DNA of 40,695 nucleotides from a virus (taxonomy: Duplodnaviria > Caudoviricetes). The stretch lies in the IMG/VR virus record IMGVR_UViG_3300030330_000985, positions 1 through 40,695 of that record; one strand, written 5' to 3'. The notes beneath the pieces were generated by a model. It did not search any database. It was given only the letters and a program-made list of their open reading frames with translations, and was not told where the DNA came from. Below are positions 1 to 9,164 of this stretch, one piece after another (the stretch's first letter is position 1; every line of letters starts with the position of its first letter). The position numbers and the translations under genes were made by a program.

Positions 1-1
1 C

Positions 2-2290
2 CCTATAGATGTACAAGTTGATGACGATGTGCAAATAGATGATGATGTAGAAATAACAGAACTTGAAGATGGGTCCGTGGAACTTGGCTCTCCAGAACAA
101 GAAGTACAAGATACTGGGTTTATGGCAAACCTTGCAGAACAATTAGATGATGATGAGTTAGCTGGTGTCAGTGCTTATGTATTAGAAAAAGTAGACGAAG
201 ATAAAAATGCTAGACAAGAATGGTTAGATACATACAGTCAAGGTTTAAATTTACTCGGGTTGAAGTATGAAAGTCGTACAGAACCATTTGATGGTGCTAC
301 TGGTGTAGTGCATCCAATGTTAAACGAAGCTGTAACGCAGTTCCAAAGTCAAGCGTATAAAGAATTACTTCCAGCGAAAGGTCCAGTACGCACACAAGTG
401 ATGGGGACAACAAACCCAGATTTAGAAAAACAAGCAGAACGTGTACAAGATTATATGAATTATACCATTATGCACACAATGAAAGAGTATGAGTCTGAGT
501 TTGATCAGATGTTATATTACTTAGGACTCGGTGGTAGTGCATTTAAAAAAGTTTATGTTGATCCGCAGTTTGGTAGGCAAGTTAGTAAGTTTGTAGAAGC
601 TAAAGATATGCTCGTTCCTTACAATGCAAGTGATCTTGATTCAGCAGATAGAGTTACACAGATCATAAATATGTCAGAAAATGAGTTTCGTAAGCTACAA
701 GTAAACAAATTTTACAGAGATATTGAGATACAATCAGGTAAACCTGACAGAGATGACGTCGATGAGACAAAAGAATCAATAACTGGAGTGTATGCACAAG
801 GTGATTATGAAGAAATACAACTTTTTGAGTGCCATTGTTACTTAGATTTAGAAAAATTTGCCGATACAGATGAAAAAGGCGAAGAAACTGGCATAAAGTT
901 ACCGTATATCGTTACAGTAAACGCCGACAATGGTGAAGTTTTGTCAATTTACAGAAATTACGACGAAAATGACGCTTTTAAAAACAAAAAACAGTATTTT
1001 GTACACTATATTTTTACTCCTGGACTAGGTTTTTATGGTAATGGCTTGATACATTTGCTAGGTAACTTATCAAGAGCGGCGACAGCTAATTTAAGACAGT
1101 TAATTGACTCAGGCACACTAGCAAATATGCCGTCTGGCTTTAAAGCTAGAGGTTTACGCATAAAAAATGATGATGAACCGTTACGTCCTGGAGAGTGGCG
1201 TGATGTTGATGTTGTTGGCGATCAATTAAAAAATTCATTCTTTAACCTCCCCTACCAAGAACCGAGTGGCACGCTGTTTCAGCTACTCGGCTTCGTGGTT
1301 CAGGCGGCTCAAAAGTTTGTCGGCACGACAGATATGGGTACTGGTAATTTAAATAATCAAGAAATGCCAGTTGGCACAACAATAGCTCTGTTAGAAAGAG
1401 GTAGTCGTATTATAAGTGCAGTTCATAAACGTCTGTACAATAGTATGAAACAAGAATTTAAACTAATATCAGATTTAATTTTTCAAGAAGGCGGATCATA
1501 CCCTTATACTGAAGAAGGTGATAAAGCTAGTGATTTTAGTGAGCGTATTGATATAATACCAGTAGCTAATCCTAACATATTTAGTATGTCTCAACGTATA
1601 AGTTTAGCTCAAGAACAATTAAAATTAGCAAGTAGTAAACCAGAGATGCACAATTTGTACGAAGCCTATAGAAGAGTGTATAATAGTTTAGGTGTAGACA
1701 ATATTGAGCAGATATTACCTCCACCTCCACAACCACAACCTATGAGTGCAGTAATTGAAAATGGTAAAGTGATGTCAGCATTAGGAGGGCAAATGCAGTT
1801 AAGAGCATTCCCTGACCAAGATCACGATGCACATATATCAACACATTTAAGTTATATGTCTAGCCAAATAGTTCGTGCTAATCCTGCTATGATAAATATA
1901 TTACAACAACATATATTTGAACATATTGGTCTGAAAGCTAATATGCAAGTGCAGATGGAAGCACAACAAGGTATGGATCCAAATATGTTACAAACTCGTT
2001 TGGCACAAATAGAGGCAGAACTTACAGCACAATATTTTGAACAAGAGGCACAAGTATTAGGTAGTGGTCAGCGTGATCCATTAGTAGACTTAAAAGCAAA
2101 AGAATTACAACTAAAAGAGCAAGCACAAATGCAAGAGGCTATGAACGATGCTGAACAATTAAAACTTAATAAAGAAAAACTGCAAGCTAATACCATCATA
2201 CAAAAAGATCGTATCGATACAACCGAAGACATAGCTAATATGAGAGCACAAAATGCTAGGTTTATTGTAGAACAAAGGAATAAGGGATGA
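2..2290 (+). CDS. Portal protein (P22-like podovirus type), 5'-truncated by the window edge
   Basis: The frame is open from position 2, so the GTG at 29 is probably internal. Motifs EPFDGATGVVHPML, GSAFKKVY, GFYGNGLIHLLG, LRQLIDSGTLANMPSGFKARG and PVGTTIALLE, plus a Q/E-rich coiled-coil C-terminus. Sits at the head of the morphogenesis operon. Confidence 0.9.
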   Translation, partial: PIDVQVDDDVQIDDDVEITELEDGSVELGSPEQEVQDTGFMANLAEQLDDDELAGVSAYVLEKVDEDKNARQEWLDTYSQGLNLLGLKYESRTEPFDGATGVVHPMLNEAVTQFQSQAYKELLPAKGPVRTQVMGTTNPDLEKQAERVQDYMNYTIMHTMKEYESEFDQMLYYLGLGGSAFKKVYVDPQFGRQVSKFVEAKDMLVPYNASDLDSADRVTQIINMSENEFRKLQVNKFYRDIEIQSGKPDRDDVDETKESITGVYAQGDYEEIQLFECHCYLDLEKFADTDEKGEETGIKLPYIVTVNADNGEVLSIYRNYDENDAFKNKKQYFVHYIFTPGLGFYGNGLIHLLGNLSRAATANLRQLIDSGTLANMPSGFKARGLRIKNDDEPLRPGEWRDVDVVGDQLKNSFFNLPYQEPSGTLFQLLGFVVQAAQKFVGTTDMGTGNLNNQEMPVGTTIALLERGSRIISAVHKRLYNSMKQEFKLISDLIFQEGGSYPYTEEGDKASDFSERIDIIPVANPNIFSMSQRISLAQEQLKLASSKPEMHNLYEAYRRVYNSLGVDNIEQILPPPPQPQPMSAVIENGKVMSALGGQMQLRAFPDQDHDAHISTHLSYMSSQIVRANPAMINILQQHIFEHIGLKANMQVQMEAQQGMDPNMLQTRLAQIEAELTAQYFEQEAQVLGSGQRDPLVDLKAKELQLKEQAQMQEAMNDAEQLKLNKEKLQANTIIQKDRIDTTEDIANMRAQNARFIVEQRNKG

Positions 2291-2886
2291 GCGATATTGG
2301 TATAGCTGGAGGAGTTACTAGCGTAAGTCCAGGATTTAGTGATTTAAGTACAGCACAATCAGATGTTGGATTTACTGGTAGTGAAGAATCTTTACCAATT
2401 ACTTATCCTGGAACAAATATTAGAATAACATCTAGTCCTACTGTTGCCCCAACGCCTCAGTTTAATATTCTAGATTTTTTAAAAAGCACAACTGCTAAAG
2501 ATATTGGTAAAACTGTAGGTGATATGGTTATTCCAGGAAGAAACACGCCACTAGGCATTTTTAGTGTTGTTGCGAAAGACCCCACAATATCTGTTATGAA
2601 TGCTTTAGCTGGAGCCATGATGAATATAAATAAAAACGTACAGCAAACAACTTCAGGTTTATTGGGTGGTTTAAAAGAAGAAGCAGAAAAAGCAAAAACG
2701 GGACCAACAGTAGACTCTGCGTATGATATGTTTGGTAATATAGTTACTGCACCTACTCCAACCGTAACTGGTCAAACACTAACTCCCGTGGTAAATCGTG
2801 ACTTAACACCACTAGGATTACCTAGTTTAGTTGACCGATCACTAGAACAAACTCAACAGCAAGATATAGGAGGCTTTTATGAGTGA
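2287..2886 (+). CDS. Hypothetical T/S/P/G-rich protein
   Basis: 199-aa ORF with an ATGA overlap on the portal stop. Low complexity, no recognised domain. Confidence 0.6.
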   Translation: MSDIGIAGGVTSVSPGFSDLSTAQSDVGFTGSEESLPITYPGTNIRITSSPTVAPTPQFNILDFLKSTTAKDIGKTVGDMVIPGRNTPLGIFSVVAKDPTISVMNALAGAMMNINKNVQQTTSGLLGGLKEEAEKAKTGPTVDSAYDMFGNIVTAPTPTVTGQTLTPVVNRDLTPLGLPSLVDRSLEQTQQQDIGGFYE

Positions 2887-3172
2887 TAGATTGAAAGAGT
2901 TACAAGAACAATTAAAAGATTTGGATCCAGATAATCCAAATTTTGATGACCTCAAAGAATTACTTGAGGATGATATTAGAAGAATGACTGAAAATAACAT
3001 GGCAAAAGGTGGCGTTGTACCGACTGCTAAAATGACCAAACAAAAATTTAACATGGGGGGTGCTGTAAGAATGCGAGCCAGAGATAATCGTGCCGACATG
3101 GAAGCTGGAGGCATGGTCAGTCGTGGTGGTAGAATGTCAAGGCAAGGAATTAAATTTAAAGGTATTAAGTGA
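2879..3172 (+). CDS. Small protein with an acidic N-half and a basic C-half carrying repeated xxxGG motifs
   Basis: GGAGG RBS upstream. Contains MAKGG, FNMGG, MEAGG and SRGG, and ends GIKFKGIK. Confidence 0.75.
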   Translation: MSDRLKELQEQLKDLDPDNPNFDDLKELLEDDIRRMTENNMAKGGVVPTAKMTKQKFNMGGAVRMRARDNRADMEAGGMVSRGGRMSRQGIKFKGIK

Positions 3173-3366
3173 AACCAGCCTTCGTATTGATGTGTTATTT
3201 ATCAGGAGCTCCTGCTGGAGTGTTGCATTTTGAAAATGTAAATACATGTGGCTATTTTAAAAAACATCTTAACGAACAGTATGTTGTCATTGGTGAAGAT
3301 CAAAAAAGATACTCATGCTTTTGTAAATTAGTTAAGGTAGATGAAAAAAGAGTGAGGCTCTGGTAA
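3169..3366 (+). CDS. Small Cys-containing hypothetical protein
   Basis: GTGA overlap with the upstream stop and TAATG overlap with the holin. Hydrophobic N-terminus and 4 Cys. Confidence 0.6.
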   Translation: MKPAFVLMCYLSGAPAGVLHFENVNTCGYFKKHLNEQYVVIGEDQKRYSCFCKLVKVDEKRVRLW

Positions 3367-3773
3367 TGTTACAAGCACTAATTGGTCCAGCTACAAAACT
3401 CCTTGGTAAGTTTATAGAGGACAAAGATACAAAAAATAAATTAGCACATGACCTTGCTACGATGGCAGAGAAACATGCACAAGCGTTAGCCAAAGGTCAA
3501 ATACAAGCAAACACAGAACAAGCCAAACACCCAAGTTTATTTGTTGCAGGAGCAAGACCAGCAATCATGTGGATCTGTGCTTTAGGTTTATTGACACAAT
3601 TTTTTATTATGCCTATTGCAGAGTGGGCGACAGCCATATGGTTGCCTGAAGTTAAACTACCTGAATTAAATACTGGCGAACTTATGACACTTACGCTATC
3701 ATTATTAGGACTAGGTGGTATGCGAAGTTTTGAAAAAACAAAAGGCGTTGCTAGGGAGAATCTTAAAAAATGA
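3366..3773 (+). CDS. Holin, 3TM (GTA-holin-like) family
   Basis: SLFVAGARPAIMWIC and LLGLGGMRSFEK motifs with hydrophobic helices. Confidence 0.8.
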   Translation: MLQALIGPATKLLGKFIEDKDTKNKLAHDLATMAEKHAQALAKGQIQANTEQAKHPSLFVAGARPAIMWICALGLLTQFFIMPIAEWATAIWLPEVKLPELNTGELMTLTLSLLGLGGMRSFEKTKGVARENLKK

Positions 3774-3907
3774 GTTTATATAGGAATATACATGCAAAGA
3801 GAAAAAGGATTAAAGCAGGAAGTGGAGAAAAAATGCGTAAACCAGGACAGAAGGGTCGTCCAACTGCTAAACATTTTAAAGCGGCGAAAAAAACTAAGAG
3901 AGGATAA
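3770..3907 (+). CDS. 45-aa Lys/Arg-rich microprotein (not in the ORF track)
   Basis: Translated by hand: MSLYRNIHAKRKRIKAGSGEKMRKPGQKGRPTAKHFKAAKKTKRG. ATGA overlap with the holin stop; 17 of 45 residues are K or R. Confidence 0.75.
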   Translation: MSLYRNIHAKRKRIKAGSGEKMRKPGQKGRPTAKHFKAAKKTKRG

Positions 3908-3909
3908 TT

Positions 3910-4032
3910 ATGAAAAAGAAAATAAAAGGCGTCATCAAAGGTCTTAAAAAAGCTGTAAAAACACACAAAGGACAAGCTAAAACATTATCGAGTCTTATAA
4001 AAAATGGCAAAAAGAAAAACAAAAGATCCTAA
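3910..4032 (+). CDS. 40-aa Lys-rich microprotein (not in the ORF track)
   Basis: Translated by hand: MKKKIKGVIKGLKKAVKTHKGQAKTLSSLIKNGKKKNKRS. GAGGA RBS; 16 of 40 residues are K or R, with no acidic residues. Confidence 0.7.
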   Translation: MKKKIKGVIKGLKKAVKTHKGQAKTLSSLIKNGKKKNKRS

Positions 4033-4306
4033 AGTAGGCACTGGCAAAAAACCTAAAGGATCTGGAAGGAGACTATATACTGATGAAAATCCAAAAGATA
4101 CTGTTAGCATTAAGTACGCTACTCCAGCAGACGCTAGGGCTACTGTTGCAAAAGTTAAAAGAATTAAAAAACCTTATGCTCGCAAAATACAAATCCTTAC
4201 GGTCGTCGAACAAAGAGCAAAATTTGCAGGGAAACCAAAGCAAGCCTCCATTGCGAAAAAGGGGAAGACCGCCATTAGGAACCAAAGGAAAAAAGTAAAA
4301 AAATAA
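4004..4306 (+). CDS. Basic hypothetical protein
   Basis: 100 aa, K/R-rich, with a KDPKVGTGKKPKGSGRRLYTDENPKDT motif of a type recalled from marine phages. Confidence 0.75.
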   Translation: MAKRKTKDPKVGTGKKPKGSGRRLYTDENPKDTVSIKYATPADARATVAKVKRIKKPYARKIQILTVVEQRAKFAGKPKQASIAKKGKTAIRNQRKKVKK

Positions 4307-4495
4307 ATGGATCTTTACATTTATGATAGAATAGTTAATATTCTAAAAGAGAGGCAGAGAAGTTTAGAAGAACAACTATTACATGGTAGTGTCGAAAACT
4401 TTGAAGCCTACAAGGAAGTGAGAGCCAGACTCTCAGAACTTGCAACATTACAACAAGAGGTAAAACTCTTGCTCAAAAAGGTGGAACATGAGTAA
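4307..4495 (+). CDS. Small helical hypothetical protein preceding GroES
   Basis: 62 aa, abuts both neighbours, predicted two-helix pattern. Confidence 0.7.
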   Translation: MDLYIYDRIVNILKERQRSLEEQLLHGSVENFEAYKEVRARLSELATLQQEVKLLLKKVEHE

Positions 4496-4910
4496 AATTA
4501 TATTACCAAAGAGGTTACAAAAAAGGTTTCCTCCAAAACAAGAACCCAAACAAGAGCCCCAACAAAAATCGCTAGAAAAAATGCCAGAGCCTACTGGGTG
4601 GCGTATTTTGATTTTGCCATACAAAGGTAAAGCTAAAACAGAAGGTGGTGTTTTGTTACCAGACCAAGCTGTAGAGCGTGAAGCGTTAGCAACAGTTTGT
4701 GGCTATGTTTTAAAAATGGGTCCTCTTGCATACCAAGACAAAGATAAGTTTGGTGAAAATAGCACTCCATGGTGTAAAGAAAAAGACTGGGTCATTTTTG
4801 GTAGGTATGCTGGAAGTCGCTTTCGTATAGAAGGTGGCGAAGTAAGATTATTAAATGATGATGAAATACTAGCAACAATTAAAAACCCTGAAGATATTTT
4901 GCATACATAG
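4488..4910 (+). CDS. groES: Phage co-chaperonin, GroES/Cpn10-like
   Basis: PTGWRILI, mobile loop KTEGGVLLP, VLKMGP, DWVIFGRYAG and RLLNDDEILA match the Cpn10 pattern. Confidence 0.85.
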   Translation: MSKIILPKRLQKRFPPKQEPKQEPQQKSLEKMPEPTGWRILILPYKGKAKTEGGVLLPDQAVEREALATVCGYVLKMGPLAYQDKDKFGENSTPWCKEKDWVIFGRYAGSRFRIEGGEVRLLNDDEILATIKNPEDILHT

Positions 4911-4919
4911 GAGAAATAA

Positions 4920-5843
4920 ATGGCTGAAGCAAAACAAAGAGACTTACCTTTAGAGGAAGAAAATGAAGAAGTTGAAGTTGACTTACAAGAAACGAAAGAA
5001 GAACCTGAAGTTGAAAAAGCTGAAGAAACCAAAGTTGAAAAAGCTGAAGAGGAAAAAGACGAAGGCAAGTTAGACGGCTATAGCAAAAAGGTCAGAAAAC
5101 GTATTGAAGATATGACCTATAAATTAAGAGAAGCTGAAAGACGTGAAAAAGCGGCGATTGAGTATGCTCAAGGTTTACAAAAAGAAAACAAAACTTTGCA
5201 AGAGCGTAGTCAAACTATTGATGATTCTTATATAAAAGAATATGATGCAAGAGTTACAAGTGAAGAATCTACACTTAAAACAAAACTAGCAGAAGCTATA
5301 TCTGCTGGAGATGTTGATGCTCAAGTAAATATAAACAAAGACTTGGCAAGATTAGCAGTAGAAGCTGAGAGATTAAATAAAGCCAAAGTCGACAGAGAAC
5401 AAAAAGTAAAAGAACAAGAAGCTAAACCAGAGCAAGAACAACAAGCACCAAAACAAGTGCATCCAAAAGCTCAGGCTTGGGCTCAAAAAAATACATGGTT
5501 TGGATCAGATGAGCCTATGACTCTTACTGCTTTTAGCATACATAATGAATTAGTTAGGGCAAATGGTGAACAATATGCTCTAACAGATGAGTATTATACA
5601 ACTATTGATGCAAAAATGCGTGAAGCTTTTCCGCATAAATTTGATGAACAAGATGTTGATACTACAGAAACAACACAAGAAAAAACAGTAGTAAATACAC
5701 CAGTAGCAGGAGCAACAAGGTCAAATCCAGGAAAAAGTGGAAAAAAAGTGACTTTATCAAAATCAGAGGTTGCAATCGCAAAGAAACTTGGTGTATCATT
5801 ACAACAATATGCTAAACAAAAACAAAATTTAGCTAAAACGTGA
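4920..5843 (+). CDS. Capsid scaffolding protein (putative)
   Basis: Acidic N-terminus, long coiled coil, W-x-x-x-N-x-W-F-G motif and a basic C-terminal helix (AIAKKLGVSLQQYAK). Located upstream of the capsid gene; AGGAG RBS. Confidence 0.75.
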   Translation: MAEAKQRDLPLEEENEEVEVDLQETKEEPEVEKAEETKVEKAEEEKDEGKLDGYSKKVRKRIEDMTYKLREAERREKAAIEYAQGLQKENKTLQERSQTIDDSYIKEYDARVTSEESTLKTKLAEAISAGDVDAQVNINKDLARLAVEAERLNKAKVDREQKVKEQEAKPEQEQQAPKQVHPKAQAWAQKNTWFGSDEPMTLTAFSIHNELVRANGEQYALTDEYYTTIDAKMREAFPHKFDEQDVDTTETTQEKTVVNTPVAGATRSNPGKSGKKVTLSKSEVAIAKKLGVSLQQYAKQKQNLAKT

Positions 5844-5853
5844 GGGAGACAAT

Positions 5854-6315
5854 ATGTCAGATAGAAAACCACGCACTGAGGTAACTAGAGAAAAAACTTC
5901 TCGTAGGACCCCTTGGAAACCACCATCTACTTTAGATGCACCCCCAGCTCCAGAGGGATTTGTTCATCGTTGGATCCGAACTTCGGTTATGGGCTTTGAC
6001 GATAAAAAAAATCTTTCTGCCAGAATCCGTGAAGGATTTGATTTAGTAAGAGCTGATGAGTACCCAGATTTTGAGGCACCAACTATCCAGGACGGAAAAC
6101 ACGCTGGAGTTATTGGTGTGGGTGGTCTGGTACTCGCTAGATTTCCTCTTGAATCAAAAAGCGAAAGAGACGCATATTTTAAACAAAAAACATCCGATCA
6201 AATGGATGCCGTCGACAACGACATGATGAGAGAACAACACCCAAGTATGCCTATCCTTAAACCAGATAGGCAAAGTCGTGTAACCTTCGGAGCAAAGGCA
6301 ACTAGCTCTGAATAA
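5854..6315 (+). CDS. Conserved head-module hypothetical protein
   Basis: WKPPSTLDAPPAPEGFVHRWIR and GVGGLVLAR motifs; GGGAG RBS. Confidence 0.75.
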   Translation: MSDRKPRTEVTREKTSRRTPWKPPSTLDAPPAPEGFVHRWIRTSVMGFDDKKNLSARIREGFDLVRADEYPDFEAPTIQDGKHAGVIGVGGLVLARFPLESKSERDAYFKQKTSDQMDAVDNDMMREQHPSMPILKPDRQSRVTFGAKATSSE

Positions 6316-6343
6316 TTTTAACTTATGAGAAGGAGACTACAAA

Positions 6344-6964
6344 ATGGCGACAAATATTGATGCCCCTTTTGGTTTACGTCCTCATAACTTATTAGGTTCT
6401 GCACCAAACTCAATGGGGCTGACAAGGTACAAAGTACAGACAGCGGCGACGGCTGGATCATCTAGTTCAATTTTTCAAGGTGATATGGTCATTCCATTAA
6501 CAAATGGATTAGTCGATGTCTCAGCGGCAGACGGTGGTAGTGTGGCAATCTTAGGCGTTATGAACGGATGTGAATATATTGATTTAAACGGGAAACCTCG
6601 TTTTGATAATCATTATCCTGGAACATCTTCAATTAAATCAGGTACTGAAGCTAGCATTTTTGTCTATGACAATCCTGCACAGATATTTGAAATACAAGGA
6701 GATGCGTCCTTAACTAATGCGGCGACTGCACAAGCTCTAGTACACTCAAACGCAGAGGGTACTGGCTTTGGATCAGAAAACGGTGCAACTGGTAAATCTA
6801 TCGGTGAATTAGCCGTATCCACTGCAGGAGCGACTACAGCAGGTGATAACTTTAGAATAGTTGGAATCAAAGATGATTTCAACGACATTGATGTTACATC
6901 AGCTGGGGTAATCTTTCTAGTGAAATTGAATGTTCATTTTCACTTAACTGCTACTGGCTTATAG
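6344..6964 (+). CDS. Capsid decoration/cement protein (putative)
   Basis: N-terminal DAPFGLRP, G/A/S/T-rich beta-type composition, immediately upstream of the major capsid gene; AAGGAG RBS. Confidence 0.65.
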   Translation: MATNIDAPFGLRPHNLLGSAPNSMGLTRYKVQTAATAGSSSSIFQGDMVIPLTNGLVDVSAADGGSVAILGVMNGCEYIDLNGKPRFDNHYPGTSSIKSGTEASIFVYDNPAQIFEIQGDASLTNAATAQALVHSNAEGTGFGSENGATGKSIGELAVSTAGATTAGDNFRIVGIKDDFNDIDVTSAGVIFLVKLNVHFHLTATGL

Positions 6965-6973
6965 GAGGGTATT

Positions 6974-7882
6974 ATGGCTATTGCAAGATCACAACTCCTA
7001 AAAGAATTAGAGCCAGGATTGAACGCTCTATTCGGCATGGAGTACGACAGGTATGACAATGAGCATGCTGAAATTTTTGACACAGAAACTTCTGACAGAG
7101 CTTTTGAAGAAGAGGTAATGTTGACAGGCTTTGGTACTGCACCAGAGAAACAAGAAGGAGCCGCTGTTTCATTTGATACTGCGAACGAATCCTTCACTGC
7201 TCGTTACACTCACGAAACAATCGCTTTGGCTTTTGCTATAACTGAAGAAGCTATTGAGGATAACCTCTATGATAGACTTTCAAGCAGATATACAAGAGCG
7301 TTAGCAAGATCAATGTCAAACACAAAACAAGTCAAAGCGGCGAGTATTTTGAATAACGCTTTTGATAGTACATTCACTTTTGGAGATGGTAAGGAGCTTT
7401 GTGCGACTGATCATCCAACATCAGGTGGTGGTAATTTCAGAAACGAACTTTCAACTTCTGCTGATTTGAATGAAACATCATTAGAACAATCTCTTATAGA
7501 TATCGCTGGATTTATAGATGAAAGAGGTATGAGAATTGCTCTAATGGGTCGTAAATTAATAATTCCAGTAAACTTACAGTTTGTTGCTGAAAGATTAATG
7601 GCTACTAATTTACGTCCAGGGACTGCTGACAATGATGTCAATGCACATAGAAACATGGGTATGTTAGCTGATGGATATGTTGTAAACCACTTCCTAACAG
7701 ATACAGACGCATTTTTCATTAAAACTGATGCTCCAAATGGCTTTAAGCACTTTGAAAGATCAGGTATTGCAACATCAATGGAAGGTGATTTTGATACTGG
7801 TAATGTCAGATATAAGGCGAGAGAAAGATATAGCTTTGGCGTATCCGATCCTCGTTGTGTATTTGGCTCTCCAGGAGCTTAA
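6974..7882 (+). CDS. Major capsid protein (HK97 fold, Mu gpT-like family)
   Basis: MAIARSQLLKELEPGLNALFG start, RYTHETIALAFAITEEAIEDNLY and DFDTGNVRYKARERYSFG. Strong RBS, followed by a terminator. Confidence 0.9.
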   Translation: MAIARSQLLKELEPGLNALFGMEYDRYDNEHAEIFDTETSDRAFEEEVMLTGFGTAPEKQEGAAVSFDTANESFTARYTHETIALAFAITEEAIEDNLYDRLSSRYTRALARSMSNTKQVKAASILNNAFDSTFTFGDGKELCATDHPTSGGGNFRNELSTSADLNETSLEQSLIDIAGFIDERGMRIALMGRKLIIPVNLQFVAERLMATNLRPGTADNDVNAHRNMGMLADGYVVNHFLTDTDAFFIKTDAPNGFKHFERSGIATSMEGDFDTGNVRYKARERYSFGVSDPRCVFGSPGA

Positions 7883-7907
7883 ATCAAGGATCCCCTTGAA
7901 ATTAAAG

Positions 7908-7934
7908 GAGCGACTTTACAGTCGCTCTTTTTTT
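7908..7934 (+). terminator. Rho-independent terminator after the capsid gene
   Basis: Stem GAGCGACT (7908-7915), loop TTAC, stem AGTCGCTC (7920-7927), then T7. Confidence 0.85.
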
Positions 7935-7944
7935 ATGTTATAGT
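7915..7944 (+). promoter_or_regulatory. Sigma70-like promoter overlapping the capsid terminator
   Basis: TTTACA (7915-7920), 18-nt spacer, extended -10 TGnTATAGT (7936-7944). Confidence 0.5.
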
Positions 7945-7996
7945 TTTACTACCTTGACGGGAATAAACCCGACAAAGCCAAGACAAGGAGATTAAT

Positions 7997-8503
7997 ATGG
8001 CTAATACAACTTTTACAGGTCCCTTAAGATCTGAAACTACAATGAAAACCATTAGTAAGAATGCTTCCACTGGTACTATTACAGAAGTAATTACTTTAGG
8101 AGACGGTCCAGTAAGTTTATCTGACGGTGATGTTACACTAACTAATGCTACTCATAGTGGTAGAATTTTACTTGTTCCAGACGGAAGTCAAGATAATACA
8201 TACACACTTCCAGCCCCTATAGCTGGATCAATGTTTAGATTTGTTTATGCAGGAGGAGCCGCAGATGGAACAGATGCACTAATCATTACTCCAGGAAATA
8301 CAAATTTCTATATTGGTGGTGTTACATTTTTGGATTCTGACAATGCTATCAGTTCTGTTTTTTCAAATGGTAGCTCAAACAGTAGTATTCAATTAAATGT
8401 TCCTGCTGGATTTGATATTACCGTTATGGGTTTAAACACAACAAACTATCAGATATTTGGTAACGTAACGTCAGCGACCGCTCCAACTTTTGCTGATCAA
8501 TAA
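7997..8503 (+). CDS. Virion structural protein (head fibre/spike candidate)
   Basis: MANTTFTGPLRSE N-terminus, T/G/S-rich beta composition, first gene after the capsid; AAGGAG RBS. Confidence 0.65.
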   Translation: MANTTFTGPLRSETTMKTISKNASTGTITEVITLGDGPVSLSDGDVTLTNATHSGRILLVPDGSQDNTYTLPAPIAGSMFRFVYAGGAADGTDALIITPGNTNFYIGGVTFLDSDNAISSVFSNGSSNSSIQLNVPAGFDITVMGLNTTNYQIFGNVTSATAPTFADQ

Positions 8504-8515
8504 TAGGAGGCTTAT

Positions 8516-8880
8516 ATGGCAGATGCAGTAACCTCACAAACTATTATAGATGGTAGTAGCAAGGCAGTATTAAAATTCACAAATGTGTCAGATGGCACTG
8601 GTGAAAGTGCTGTTACAAAGGTAGATGTAAGTGCCTTATCTAATAATTCTCTTGGTCAAGCTTGTACTGGAAAGTCAAAATTTTGTTTGACGCAACTAGC
8701 GATGTGTTTTGTATTGAATTAGGTGAAAACCAAAGTGGTTATCATGATTACTCAACTTTTGGAGGTTTGCCAAACAATGCAGGATCAGGTAAAACTGGCG
8801 ACATACAATTTACTACGGTTGGTCATTCTAGTGCTGATACATACACAATAATACTACAAGTCAAAAAAGAGTATAGTTAA
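8516..8880 (+). pseudogene. Small virion structural protein split by a -1 frameshift or deletion near 8664-8675
   Basis: ORF 8516-8722 (MADAVTSQT...ACTG) has a strong AGGAGG RBS. The -1 frame continues with similar composition (KVKILFDATSDVFCIELG...YTIILQVKKEYS), has no credible start of its own, and ends in a TAATG coupling to the next gene. Confidence 0.65.
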
Positions 8881-9164
8881 TGGCTACTACAAAAGATGTA
8901 AAAAGGACTCCCTCTGGTAAAATTAGTTACCGAGGGATGACTTTTCCTGGATTTAATAAACCAAAGAAAACTCCAGGAGGTCCTAAAAAATCAGCAGTTT
9001 TAGCTAAAAAAGGCACGCAAATTAAACTTGTTAGGTTTGGCGATCCTAACATGAGTATAAAAAAAGATCAGCCAGGACGTCGTAAATCATTTAGAGCAAG
9101 ACATAGATGTGATACGGCTAAAGATAAATTTACTGCAAGATATTGGTCATGTAAGGCATGGTAA
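8880..9164 (+). CDS. Basic protein, DUF6321-like
   Basis: KLVRFGDPNM...RRKSFRARHRCD...ARYWSCKAW motif; K/R-rich. Family name from recall. Confidence 0.75.
   Translation: MATTKDVKRTPSGKISYRGMTFPGFNKPKKTPGGPKKSAVLAKKGTQIKLVRFGDPNMSIKKDQPGRRKSFRARHRCDTAKDKFTARYWSCKAW

Noticed and set aside
4083-4298. Alternative-frame + strand ORFs (also 7728-7943, 9439-9657, 14664-14879, 22483-22725, 39646-39888)
   Set aside because: They are nested in better-supported genes, have no RBS, and 7728-7943 runs through a terminator.
5008-5050. 24-nt-period tandem duplication aagttgaaaaagctgaaga in the scaffold gene
   Set aside because: An in-frame slippage in a disordered acidic linker; ordinary.
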